Shown here: piece after piece, positions 1-12,800 of the stretch
How positions within the stretch are numbered: position 1 is the stretch's first letter
Layout: each line of letters starts with the position of its first letter
From: Nageia nagi
Lineage: Eukaryota; Plantae; Pinophyta
Assembly: GCA_050084985.1 (NCBI GenBank)
Contig: JBITNC010000001.1
Location: 146,196,001-146,260,000, forward strand
Length of the DNA stretch: 64,000 nucleotides
Direction: 5' to 3'
Program-made: the position numbers and the translations under genes
Notes under the pieces: model-generated
The model's database searches: none
Told to the model about the DNA's origin: nothing
The model's input: only the letters and a program-made list of their open reading frames with translations

Positions 1-730
1 AAAAAATAATTTTCATAAAATAAAAATACTTTAATTTTTTCATAATTTTAAATCAATAAAATTTTGTAATTTTCTACAAAATTATTACAATTAAAAATCA
101 AGAAAATATAGGGTTTTTAATGAAAAACTCCATAGAAAATACAACTCCTAGTAAACATAAGGTTTGTAAAATATAAATTAAGTTAAAAAAATTATGGATA
201 CTAAAAATTTATCTTATTTAATTAATAATATCTATTTAATTTAACTTAAAAAAATAAAATAAATGGATTTGATTATCATAGTTAGATATCAAGCAATTAA
301 CATTACTATGACATAAACCATATCAAATATGTAACCAAATATATTATATATGTATTAATCTTAATTTGAAGGAATGGATTTTGATTTTTATTTCATTAGT
401 CTTGTTTCAGCCTACATCTAAAGTGTGGATTCCTTTTCTTCATTTCTCATGCTACACCCACACACAATGTAATGATATTATATATTATTGTATAGATTCC
501 TCATAAATTAAAATTTTAAATAGATCATTTGTTAAATATACCATAAAGCATAATCTAATATAAGTAATAATGAAGGGACAAAGGAAATAATAGCAATAGG
601 ATCGAAATATCTTGATATGTGTTCATAATTATCATGAATCAAATGTATTATACAACATCATGTTTGAAGAGTTGTATCATGATAGTTATGTCTGAATGAA
701 CCAATCATGAAGGAATAATTCAAATATAGA

Positions 731-836
731 AAGAAATAAAGAAAATAAATCATTAACATCACTCTTAGTGGGATTTGAACATGGGACACTCTGTGAAATA
801 GGGTCATAACATGAACAACTCAACCAACAAACAATA
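731..836 (-). mobile_element. tRNA-derived SINE-like insertion (copy 1)
   Basis: Minus strand reads GTTGGTTGAGTTG (A-box-like) ... CCCATGTTCAAATCCCAC (B-box GTTCRANNC), then a T-rich tail. It is absent from the matching position (~48040) of the inverted paralogous block. Homologs lie at 48808 and 50038. Confidence 0.55.
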
Positions 837-2439
837 TCTGTTATAAATATCAACATCTACTACACCTTCAAAAATATTTTTTTAATATCTTGAGTATTAT
901 AGGAAGGAAATAATGTATTCAATATGCTAAGGAATTTGATATAGTTACATGGAGATAATACCTAAGGAAGAAAGATTATTAAAATCAAATAGACAATCAA
1001 ATAGTAAGAAATATTTTAGCTCAAATAAATATAAAATTCTAAATAGTTAATTTCACATTTATTTTTTTAATTATTAGTAAATAAGAAAGTGAAGAGTACC
1101 TCATTATACCATTTTTGTAAAATAATAGTGTATCTTAGTATCATTTTTTATCCTTTCATCAAACTTTTTAAAAAATCTAATTTTTTGAAGTATATTAAAA
1201 AGTATATTATCTTTAATAGATTTAAATTTTTTTATATTATTTATCTAAGAAAAAACTAGGCCTGAATTTACCCAATGAACTATCTTTATCCTACTAATAA
1301 TAAACATATGTAATGTTACATATATCATGTTTAAATGTTCTTTTATGGTACTCCAAATTTTAATATAAAAGAAAACTAATGTTTGAGAGTTTGTAGATAG
1401 ACCATTTTAAAATCCATCCGCATCCCATTCCAACCAAGGTTTGCTAGACACCTATCCCTAGAAAATACTTCTAATCATAAAAAATCAAAATATCTGCATA
1501 AGAAAAATTGGGCCAAAGGAATAGAGGAAGAGTCTAGAATGTTTCATTCCTTTTTCCTTTAAGATAAATATATTGAAATAAATAATAAAATAAGGAATTT
1601 CCATCTTCTTCCCTTTAGGAACGCTATCAATCCATTCAGGAATTAATGTAGATCCTTGAAATTTCTGATCTAAAAAGTTCTTTCCTTTAAATGATTTCAG
1701 AGCTATTAAAGTTCTCATGTAATAAAATGTAAATTTCTTTTATAGATCATTTTTCATTCATGGAAACTTATCACTTAAAATTCATTATTGTTATAATATA
1801 TTACATTAATTAATTTATTTTTAATATTTATTGAAACTTTATATAATACAATATCTGTTTTTGCATGACATAGTTTTATTGATTAATTATGTTTTCCTAA
1901 GATAACTACTTTTACCTTATACATTTTATTATATTTATATATTAAATGTAATATAAAAATAAATTAGATTTATAAAAAAAAAGAATCTCGTAAGATTCTT
2001 AAAAAAAGGACAAAACTCTACAAATAATTATAATACAATATTCACAATAAATATGTTCCTATTTAACATATAAAAAAAGAATTATAATAAGTTGATCGAA
2101 TTTTTGGAATTAATTTACTCAAACATTTCCCAATAAAGAGAAATATTTAGTTAATATGAAGATAGTAAAAGAAAGGAGGAAAAAACAATTCAATTTTCAG
2201 GTTTTGGAGAGCTTTCACAGAATGAAGCAATATTCTACATTCAATTCATCTGTACCTTATAGGCAATATAACTTGAACCATATATTCGACCGTCATTGAA
2301 TACTTACAACCTTCTGTATCTTTGATTTGTAGTAATTCCAGAAAGAGCCAACACCTTAGAAGGACTGACCATGAAAATAACTCCTCTGAGCGGAGAGATA
2401 TTACAAAGTGTGTACATCAATTGAGATTTAGCATGCATG

Positions 2440-3753
2440 TTAGTTGAAGGTGGAGGCAGAGCCAGAGGTAGACGCCACCTGAGAAGGACGAGGCGCAGGC
2501 TTATAATTAAAAGCCCTCAGATGTGAGCTTCCGTGATGCAGGTTGCAGATTCCGAATGTGTAGGATCGTTTCGTGACATAATTATATGCACGCCCGCATC
2601 CATAGTTGATGTCGAAAACTGCAAAAGAATCCTTGAACTGTTCAAAATTATAATGGTTTTCCATTCGAAAGCCCCACAATGCCTTTGGAAACTCAACCAC
2701 CTTTTCCAGAACAAATCCTTCTCGCTAGGACTGCGAAAATGGTTCAACCTCCAGAGACCGATTGCTCTTGGATCATTCAGCATGTCAAGTTTTTCGAAAG
2801 AACTCATTATTAACAGCTCGGTTTTGTAAGCAAACAAAGCAGGACTTATGAGTTTATATTCCCTTCTATAACCTCTTTTCAACCATTTACATTCCATAAA
2901 ATAGTAATATCCAAATTTCAAACGGTGCTACTTGTCTTCGAATTTCCAGATCTCAAAATCATTAACGGAATGAGTAAACACCAAACAGTAAATGGTTACT
3001 TCTCCTTGCTTTTGACAGCTTGAAATGGGAAGAAGATCATATCCTCTATCGGAGAATCGATAAAAGCAGTCTCCCTGAGACCAAGACTGCTCGTCATCAG
3101 GGTCGTCGCTTCTGGTCTCATAAGTATACGAAAACACCAAGAAAAAAGATTAAAAGTCCCCGGATTCCTCTTGAGGGCCTTGGATAATAACTCGAAGCCG
3201 CGCATCCCTGTGACCTCTAGCTTGCAAAAATACAGCAAATATTGAACAGTTGAAAAATATATTGCCATAGTGCACGAAAAACTCGAACCATTTTCTTGCA
3301 GGATGGCAAATCAAGAAGCACTTGGAATGGGGAAGGTCATAACATAGGTATCCTTCCGAGCATGCCACAATCTGGTCCACCTGCGTCGAATGAGTTATGT
3401 AAACGGTGCGTGGGAATGGAGGGAAGGGGCATATAATTGCGGCTGCCATTCTCCTCCTCCACCTGATTGATTATAAGAAGATGAGGTCTTCTTGATATTG
3501 TCCCGTCATAGAGGAGACCTTTTTCTAATTCTTGTCCACTTTGTTCTCCATCGATTTCTATGTTTGCCGAAGCGGAAGCTTCTTCTACTTGTAGCATCGG
3601 TTTTGAATTTCAGCAGTCTTCCTTTCTTTTCTTTGTCGTTTAGAGGAGACAAGAAATCAAAGAGGAAAGACCGGTGAATGATTTGTAGAGGAAATCAGTG
3701 GAAAGTAATGAGCCTCCTCAGCAGCGGCGTCTTCCTTTAAACATCAGTTGCAT
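2440..3753 (-). pseudogene. Disrupted F-box-associated / beta-propeller-like plant gene (copy A)
   Basis: GC/CpG-rich island. ORFs 3150-3449, 2928-3140 and 2517-2921 are one frame split by TAA (3150-3152) and TAG (2928-2930). Frameshifts are needed near ~3385 and ~2703 (LFWK|KVVEFPKALW). IVACSEGYLCY...FLICHPARKWF resembles the SCNGLLC...ICNPATxxW motif of F-box-associated domains, and FAVFD...RAYNYVTK...AFNYKP resembles their C-termini. An F-box motif itself is only loosely visible (LSTDFLYKSFTGLS). Confidence 0.65.
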
Positions 3754-3758
3754 ATGGT

Positions 3759-3852
3759 CTGTGAGAGATCTTGGTGTTGTGGGAAAAGATAAAAAAAGGT
3801 ACAGATAATTGCAGAGATGAAACAGCTCACAACAAAAAACCACAATACTAAC
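3759..3852 (-). other. Putative 94-nt 5'-UTR intron of copy A
   Basis: Minus strand AG|GTTAGT donor, U-rich body and CTCACAG acceptor just before ATG 3753. Donor GTTAG and acceptor TCACAG are conserved in the duplicate at ~6406-6499. Confidence 0.5.
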
Positions 3853-3879
3853 CTATTGCAAAATCTGAAATAATTCGAA

Positions 3880-4190
3880 CTCTTGTAGATTATATTACAC
3901 AGTTGATGTTGTGATCGGAATTGGCAGTGGAAATAATATCGTCAAGGAATAAATTCATATTGATTAAGGAAAATTTTCATTTAAGTATATTACGCAGCGA
4001 ATACTAAAATAACAAGTAGTTGATATTGAGTGTTATGGCATACAATCTTCTTCTCAAGGAAAGTATTGATTGCATTTAATATCCTCAAGGAATAAATCCA
4101 TGTTCCGCAATTTCCTTGTTGATTACGCAGGGAATAATGAAATCCGAAAGTAGTTGATATTGGCTGTTACATTTTCACAGGTTGTCATAG
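3880..4190 (-). promoter_or_regulatory. CpG-retaining upstream module made of two ~135-145-bp degenerate repeats
   Basis: AATATCgTCAAGGAATAAATtCAT at ~3935 and ~4078; ATTACGCAG.GAATA...AAGTAGTTGATATTG at ~3989 and ~4122. It lies directly upstream of copy A and is conserved at 6530-6840 and 46245-46560. Confidence 0.5.
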
Positions 4191-5308
4191 CTTCAAACGG
4201 AGCAAATTAAATAGATCTGTTGTTTAATTTATTTCAAAATATATTTAGGAGTATTTCGTTTGGAGGCATTTATTTTATAGTTGTAATGCTGACAAAAAAA
4301 TAGATATTTTCTATATTTGTATATTTTTATTGTATCTTTATAATATAATCTTATTGTTTTTTTTTATATATATATAAAACATAATATTTTAATGTCAAGA
4401 AAATGTTAAATAGATATCAGTTATTTGATTGTGATTTATAAGATATAATAACTTGATAAAATTAATTAATTGAATGTGACTTTCTTTTTATATATATTTA
4501 TTAATTCTTTACTTTAGGTATTTCATTTTCATTTTTTTTGTTCAAAATTTATTTCCTATCTTTACTTTATTGATTATACCAAGAGATACATACCCTCTAT
4601 TAATCAACAACTTCAAACATTAGATCGTAAATTACATAAGACAAGCCACCTAGTTTCATGGGAATAGGTGCTCTCATATAAGTGCCTTCCAATCTTAAGT
4701 CTTGTTCTATCACAATCTACAAGTTTACAACAGAGACATGATCAATAAATGTTTTTGTAGTAATTCATCTGATGCTAGTTGAGAATAGTTAATGAGTCTG
4801 GACTCTTATGGATGAACCCTTATTATCATCCAACATATCTTCTACTCTTTGTATTTAATTTTTTTTTTATCTTTGGTTGCACACTTTAACCCTCCTACAT
4901 TTTCTTAGTAATATTTCATTTTATTATTGAAATACCTTCAATATTTATTATAAATTTATCAAAAAATTATTATTTATTATCATCAACTATTGTCAAGATT
5001 TATGTGGGAAGTAATTATAATTGAAAATTATTATAATAATTATTTTCCCAATTACATATGAATTTCTATCTATTTCTAGATAACTATCTCAAATATCTTA
5101 CCAAAATAATTTATATGAATTTCAAATATTTATTTGAACCTTGAAAAAATACTGAACAAATTTATAAATCTATAACCTCAAGATTGAAAAAAAAAAATTA
5201 ATCTCTTCAATTAACAATAACTTACATGTCACATCTCCTGTTGAAAAGTTATCGAATTAGATTCATTTAATCTATTTTGAATTATCAAATGCAATAGGAA
5301 GTACTCTA

Positions 5309-5690
5309 TGAAGAGACAAGAAAAATGTAACAAGAGTAAGGAGAAAAAGGGAAAAGAATAAGGTATCTAAGAGCAAGGCACACAGCAAGCAGTCTTCAAT
5401 CCCCTCTTTGCGGGCATCTGTGAGGATCCAGGAAAGGTCCAAGCAGGAAATTCAAGTAAGCCCTGAGCCTAAGGAAGCTTCAGCAGTCCCTCCCAAGGCT
5501 CTAGAAATCATTGATATAACATTCTTCATAGAAATCAGGAAGAAGAGGCGCATAATTGTACATGACAACCTCATGCAGGACATGACTAACTGTACAGTTT
5601 ACTTTTGATATGATATTTTGGACATTTATCTATGGATCAATAAAACCTATTTTATTTTTGTTAATATAATTTACATATTAGCAAAAAACA
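5309..5690. mobile_element. ~380-bp insertion, possible solo LTR
   Basis: Present in the first tandem unit and absent from the second. It begins TG, ends CA and contains AATAAA. No clear target-site duplication. Confidence 0.35.
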
Positions 5691-6246
5691 GAAGGTATTG
5701 CATTTATTGTGGATGCATTAATATTCTAATTCACAACTTCAATTAGTTCATGAAAGAGAAGAGAATAATATTACAAAATCTTCTTATGATCAAAGACTCT
5801 ATCAATTGTACCATCAGGATAACACTCTAAGTTCCTATTATTTCTTATATTATCATGGGTAAAACATTTTATTTTTTATCATAATTTCTAATAATTATAT
5901 ATCATATAAGTTATCATTATAATTTTTAAAGGTGCATAATATTTTTTATATTACTTGATTATTTTCAATCATAATGTTTATAAATGATGTACGTTCTTCA
6001 TTTATATCTCTCTTCTATATTCTTTATGTGATGTTGATTTATCAGCATATATGTAAATTTGTAAGCAATTATAAAACATCAATATGGTTTTGTCTTTATT
6101 TTTAGTGAAGTTTTAATAGATTTATTTAAATACTATTTTTATCATTACACATATTATATTTTTCAATGTCCTTAAATATGGTTTTGTTCTTTGCATGCCA
6201 AAGACCATAGTAGACTGAACAAAAAAAATTCTTGATACTTTCTTTA

Positions 6247-6400
6247 GGTTTTGGATTTCAGCAGTCTTCCTTTCTTTTCTTTGTATATAAGAGGAGATAA
6301 CAAATCAAAGAGGAAAGACCAGTCATTGATTTGTAAGGAAATCAGTGAAAAGGAATGAGCCTCCACAGCAGCGTCGTCTTCCTTTAAACATCAGTTGCAT
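6247..6400 (-). pseudogene. 5' fragment of the same gene (copy B), truncated at the duplication junction
   Basis: Close match to 3599-3753. ATG 6400 reads MQLMFKGRRRCCGGSFLFTDFLTNQ*. Confidence 0.7.
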
Positions 6401-6529
6401 ATGGTCTGTGAATGATGTTTGCGTTGGGGGAAATGATCAACAAGGGTACTTATAATTGCAGAGATGAAATACCGCACAACAAAACTCCACAATTCTAACC
6501 GATTTCAAAATTTGAAATAATTTGAATTC

Positions 6530-6840
6530 GTATCGTTATATTACACATTTGATGTTATGATGGGAGTTGCCAGTGCAAATAATACTGTTAACGAATAAAT
6601 TCACATTGATTAAGGAAAATTTCCATGTTAGTATTTTACAATCTACTTTTTTATTACGCAGTGAATGATGAAAACACAAGTACTTGATATTGAGTGTTAT
6701 GGCATACAATATTCTTCTCAAGGAAAGTATTGTGATTGCATATAATATCCTCAAGGAATAAATCCATGCTTCGCAATTTCCTCTTTGATTAAGTATGCAA
6801 TAACGAAATCCCAAAGTAGTTGACATTGGCTGTTAAAGTT
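6530..6840 (-). promoter_or_regulatory. Second copy of the upstream module
   Basis: Aligns with 3880-4190 (TTACGCAG, TCAAGGAA, AAGTAGTTGA motifs) and retains several CpGs. Confidence 0.5.
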
Positions 6841-6970
6841 TAGCAGTTTATCATATCTTAAAATGACTTGGTAGAGGAATATCATCCGAGCTAATTAATT
6901 AGATCAGTTGTTTAATGTATTTAAAAATATATTAGTAGTATTCATTTGAAGGTATATATTTGAGAAGAAG

Positions 6971-7089
6971 TTATCCTCCACTTCAATTATAGATATACTT
7001 TGAGCATATATTCATTTTGAATGGTGATGTTTAGTTTTCAATTTAAGATATATTCTCTATGAATATGAGTGAATTTGGCTGGAGGATAA
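6971..7089. mobile_element. MITE-like foldback insertion
   Basis: Terminal inverted repeat TTATCCTCCA (6971-6980) / TGGAGGATAA (7080-7089), degenerate inner arms, AAG on both flanks. Absent from the first tandem unit (~4270). Confidence 0.55.
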
Positions 7090-9158
7090 AAGTAATTTTT
7101 ATTTTATGATTGTAATGATGATATAAAAATAGATATTTTTTATATATGCATATTTTATTTTCTTTTTATAAGATAATGTTAAAGTTTTTTTTTTACTTTT
7201 AAATATTTCAATATTTAATTAAAGTTTATTGATCAAACATATAATTTTCATGTAAGAAAATGTTAAAATACACATCACATTATTTGAATGTGATTTATAA
7301 AACTTAATCAATCAATAGATCATTGATAAAATTAATATATTGAATGTTACCTTTTTTAAGATATTATTAATCCATGAGTTTAGGTATTTCATTTTCATCT
7401 TTGTTATTCAAAATTTAGTTTTGTATCTTTAATAGCAATAGGCATTCCTTGGCTATAGCAAGGGTGGAATGAAGACCGAAAATATTGCATATGAGTTAAT
7501 ATAGGCTTAAATATTAAAAAAAAATGAACTGACTTTATTATTTAAAGAAAAAGTAGTTGACTACAAAAACATAATTTTAAAAACATATAAATAACATATT
7601 TTACAATAAAAGTATATAAAATATATATTAAATATAATAAATTATAAATGTATAATGATTTAATGATATCATTTCTCGATATTTATATATACAAGATAGG
7701 CACCCCTAAAATGATATCTCTTGGGCATTTTGTTGATATATAAGGGAGTACATTAAAGAAAGTTACTTTATTATTTATATCAAAAGGTAAATATGCTTTT
7801 ATCATCAACAAATTCAACTACTAAATAGTATACTACATGAGAGAAACCACCTAGTTTAGTGGGCATAGGTGCTCTCATTCAAGTGGCTCCTTCTCTCAAA
7901 GTAATGACTTATCACAACCTACTTCACTAGCTTTTATATATGGAGAGGGGTTATAGATATTTATTGAAAATAAAAAACACAAGATCCTCTAAATATCAAG
8001 AGGATCACTAAAGAGCATACTTAGGGATCTTTAGGATTTTAGTGACAACAAAGATAAAATCAATGAAATTTTCAATTGTATTCCATTTGATGTTAGGAGT
8101 GACTTTTTAATGAGCCTAAGAATGTGTCCTCCTTATGGATGACCCCTCATTATCATGCAAGATATCTTCCACTATTTGTATTTATCTAAAAAGTAATTCT
8201 AGTTGAAAATTATGACCATAATTATTTTTCCATTTACTTATAGATGCTTATCCATGATTGAGTTAACTATCTCAAATATCTTTCAAAAATAATGGATATG
8301 ACTTTCAAATATTTATTTGAACCTTGAAAAATAGTCAACAAATTTATAACTCATAAGCTCAATATTTATTAAACAAAAATCTCATCTCATCAATTTACTC
8401 TATTTTACATATCACATATTCTCTTGAAAAACTAATAAATTAGATTCATTTAATCTATTTAAATTATTAAAATCTAATAGGATCTATTGTATGTATTGAG
8501 TATTAATTTTTATTCTACTCTACAATTTCAATTGGTACAAGAAAGAGAAGAGGATAATGTTACAAAATCTTCTTATGTTCAAATGAATTATACCATCAAG
8601 ATAAGACTTTTATTTTCCTATTTTTTCCTAAATTATCATGTGGAATGATGGAAATTTTGTTCTTTATCATAATTCCTAATAATTATACATAATACATAAG
8701 TTATCATTATGGTATTTTAAAGTGCATCATATATTGATATTAGTTATTTATTTTCAATCATCATGTTTATAATTCATTTACATTTTTTATTTACATTTCT
8801 CCTCTATATTCTTTATATGATGTTCATTTATAAGCATATATGTAAGTTTGTTAACAATTATGAAACCTTATTATGATTTTCTATTCCTTTTTAGTAATGT
8901 TTTCGTATATTTGTTTGAATACTATTTCTATCATTATACTTATTATAATTTTTAATATCATAAACTATGGTTTTGTTCTTTGCATGCCAACGATTGTAGT
9001 AGAGTAAAAAACTTTTTTTCTTGATACTTTCTTCATTATTTTCTATTTATCTTACTCTAATCATGTATGATTTGTATTTTAACAATTTAAACAAATAAAT
9101 ATCATTAGATATTTCAATTGTAACAAAATATTATTAAAACAAAAATATAAAACCTTCA

Positions 9159-9165
9159 TAATTAA

Positions 9166-9205
<40 letters not shown>

Positions 9206-9220
9206 TTAATTAATTAATTG
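9159..9220. repeat. (TAAT)n-(TA)n-(TAAT)n palindromic microsatellite
   Basis: Read directly from the sequence. Confidence 0.9.
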
Positions 9221-9827
9221 ATTACCTTAAGATGAAGAACTTTTTTTTTGTACTTTCCACATTTTAAATTTTAAGTATCCTTAAAATACAACCTTAAATG
9301 TTCTTGAAGTTTCCATCTTTAAAATAAATAAAATACATAATTCTTAATCATACATGTTTCCTTGAATTCTCATTGATCGCTCAACCTTTTATAATCATGT
9401 ATATTTATTTGAATTATTCTAATAATAGCTTTTCCATTAACATTGTATTATTCATTTACATATTTTAATATTTATAAAATAAATTTTGAATAGTTAAAAA
9501 ATCTATTAATTTATCTATTTATTTCATTTAACTTTAATGCATTATATTAATTATAACTTTTATGTGTCTATCATATAATGAATTTAGATATGAACTCCTT
9601 TAGCATATTGATATTTTCTTCTGAGGGAGCCAACTCAAGTAGATTTGAATGATTGGAAATACATAGTTGATTGATTAAATCCCATGAGGACCTTGTAGCT
9701 ATTAAGAGACAAGTTCATTTACATTCATAAGGGATCCATGTGTTTAACCTCATTTCCCCTAGAAACGTTAAAAGATGGAGAAATCCAACAATGGATTATT
9801 AATTATCACATACATTCTATGTCTCTT

Positions 9828-12800
9828 TGTTAGGATTTTTCTATTATTTGGAAATAATATTGAGCAATAAATTAGTTTAGATTTATAGAAGAAACTTAAA
9901 TAACAATAATCAAAAGAATTGACATAAGATATTGATATAGTATATAATGCATTTTACCTAGTGTGGGCTACATTCCTAATGAATAATTTAATCCTAATAA
10001 GTTATCTAACTACCAAAGGAAATCACCAACAACACTATTTTATACATATCCTCTCAATTAGTCAATAATAAATTTTGTATATACACTATCTCTCAAAATT
10101 GAATTATAAAAAAGCAAAATTAAACACATATGCATTCTATCTTGGAATTAGAAACCAAACATAGATCCACAAATTATGATCTTTTTCTATTTTCAGCTAG
10201 ACTAATTTTCCAATTTTCATAAATATAAATAACTAGTTAACAATAGAGAGAAAATTGACTAAATCATTGTTCCTCCTAACAACTAGGAACTAAATTATTC
10301 TATGCTTCATCTCATTCCATGAGATTAAAGGTAAGAAATATTTGAACTTCTCCTTTCTCGTCACCTTGGTAAACATGTCTATTAGATTATGAGGTGTATG
10401 AATTTTGCTAAGTTTTAAAGATAAATTTTTTATAATTATTTGAATGAAATGATATTTGAGTTTTATATGCTTATTTATCAATTAAAATTTTGATTTCTTA
10501 ACATGATGTATAGCACTATAGCTATCACTCAATAATTTGCTTTCTTCTTGCTTCATCCCTAACTCTTTCATCAATCTTTAAAGCCATATAAACTCCTTGC
10601 TTGTTTTAGTTATGGCCATAAAGTCTTAAATATATGATTGAAAGTGCAACTACATATTATATTTTGGAGATTCCATTGATCATTATTCCACCTATAGTAA
10701 ATATATATTTTGTTTGGCTATTTCCATGTTCTATATCACCTACCATATCTCAATCAATATACCCTTATAGAAACATATAATATCATTCAAAATTCAAATA
10801 ATAATTTGAATTTCCTCTAAATTACCTAAATATATATTTAACAACTTACTAATAAGCCTTATTAAGATTATTCATAAACCTACTTGTACCACTCCCACTA
10901 CTTCTTCTAAATCAGGTCTCATATAGACCATAGCATACACCAATCTCCCCACTATGAAAGCATAGGGAACATTGGCCATACGGTCAAGTTCCTTATGTAT
11001 CTTAGGACATAAATATTTGGTTAGCTTGAAGTCATTTACCAAAGTTTAAGCAACTATTTCAACATCCTTCATGTTAAACCTCTTCATAACATTTGCAACA
11101 TATTCATCTTGAGATAACTTCATTATGCATTTTTTCCTATCTTGACTATTTTTCATCCAAAGGATTTGCCTAGCCTATCCCAAATCCTTCATACTAAATA
11201 TATTTCCCAACTATTTCTTGAGCATGTTTATATCATGCATACTTATTATTGGAACCATCATATTATCCATATATAATAAAAGAATAATATAATTTCCATT
11301 TCTATTATTCTTGAAATAAGCACAATGATCACTTTCACAACTCATGAAATTCTATTCATAGATAAAATTATCAAACTTAAAATAGTACTACCTAGGAGCC
11401 TACTTAATCCCATAATACTCTTTTTTAATTTTCACATAATATTATTTGTACTTGTAACCTCCTCTTCCTTTGGTCATTGCATATAAATTTTGTCTTCTAT
11501 ATCCCCATCAATGAAAGTTATCTTGACATCCAATTATTCTAGGTAAAAGTCCAATATAGCAACCAAACTCAAAATAATTCAAATAAAAGTCATTTTTACA
11601 ATATGAAAAAAAAATCTCATCAAAGTCTATACTTTTTCATTATGCAAATAATTTTACTACTAGTCTTTCATTATACTATTTATGTTATCCTACTTCATCT
11701 TTTACTCTTTATAACCATTTATTCTATAGGACCTTCTTCTAGGTAGGAAACCCAACCAAATCCCAAGTTCGATTGTATATAAGAGAGTTCATCTCTTTAT
11801 TCATTATGATATCCCACTACTTTCAAGTATCCAACACTAATGCTTCATCAAAATAGTCTAGTTCACCAACATCAATATAGAAAATATAGTAAAGAATAGG
11901 AGAATAATATTTTAGAAACTTACTTACTCTTGTAGGCATAAAATAATCATAGAAATATTAAGGGATTATTCTTTTCCTTGTGAAACATCTAACAATACTT
12001 AAAGGAGACTAAGGTGCTTACTATTGCTATTGTTGAATATGTTGTGATGGATATTATGGTGGGGTTAGAGGTTCTTGTACCTTATCATGTACTTTTTCTA
12101 TACTCTTTTCATATATATCATTATGCTTAACAAAATTTGATTTATCTTCCTTTACCTGTAGTATATCCTTATACAAATTTTAGTCATTAAGGATAACATC
12201 TATACTCTTAATGATCCTATGGTGAATGTAATCCCATAATTTGAAACCTAAATCATCATTACCATAGCCAAGAAAATAACACTTATGTAATAATGCATCA
12301 TGTTTCTCCCTATATTCTTTATCTATATGTGCATAGGCTTCACATAAGACAAATTAGGAAATGAGTAGTTTATATATTTACCTATCCATGTATCACCTAT
12401 AATCTCACCATCTAAAGTAGTGTAAGCCCCTTATTGATTAAATAAATAATAGTGTTAAGATAATTAGCCTACAAATGTAGAGGTAAACTAGCATGTAGCC
12501 TTAGCCATCTTGTAGGATTAAAATGATCCTATTTTACTCACAAGAATACCATTTTATTAAGGTTTTATTTGAGTGACCTTTATCCTTTATGATTCCTTTA
12601 AGAGATAAATAATTATCAAAATTATTACTTCATTATTCTCCACCATTATCTATCTCGCTACTTTTTACTTTCTTACCTGTATCATTCTCCATTAATATTT
12701 TACACTTCTAAAATGTATCAAATACATCATACTTATTTCAAAAATAATAAAACTAGGTTTTTCTTATGGAATAATCAATAAAATACATATAATAATTGGA

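Larger units (their letters stand above)
3599..9033 (+). repeat. Tandem segmental duplication (3599-6246 and 6247-9033)
   Basis: Collinear anchors: GGTTTTG.ATTTCAGCAGTC (3599/6247), CCACCTAGTTT...ATAGGTGCTCTCAT (~4646/~7847), TTACAAAATCTTCTTATG (~5771/~8560), TATGGTTTTGTTCTTTGCATGCCAA (~6177/~8966), both ending TTCTTGATACTTTCTT. Confidence 0.9.

Noticed and set aside
1485-1718. 77-aa ORF and the other short AT-rich ORFs not listed as features
   Set aside because: No recognisable motifs. They are consistent with chance ORFs or off-frame/antisense reads of TE remnants.
2533-2829. Plus-strand 98-aa ORF (and its counterpart 46830-47015 on minus)
   Set aside because: Antisense shadows of the GC-rich CDS. 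Their similarity simply reflects the duplication.
2440-3597. Chain of overlapping ORFs suggesting programmed frameshifting or readthrough
   Set aside because: The paralog has TTA at one stop, the lesions are heterogeneous, and no slippery heptamer with a downstream structure is evident. Pseudogenisation is simpler.
3880-4190. CRISPR-like repeat-spacer appearance of the upstream module
   Set aside because: Only two degenerate units with homologous intervening sequence, in a eukaryotic context with no cas genes.
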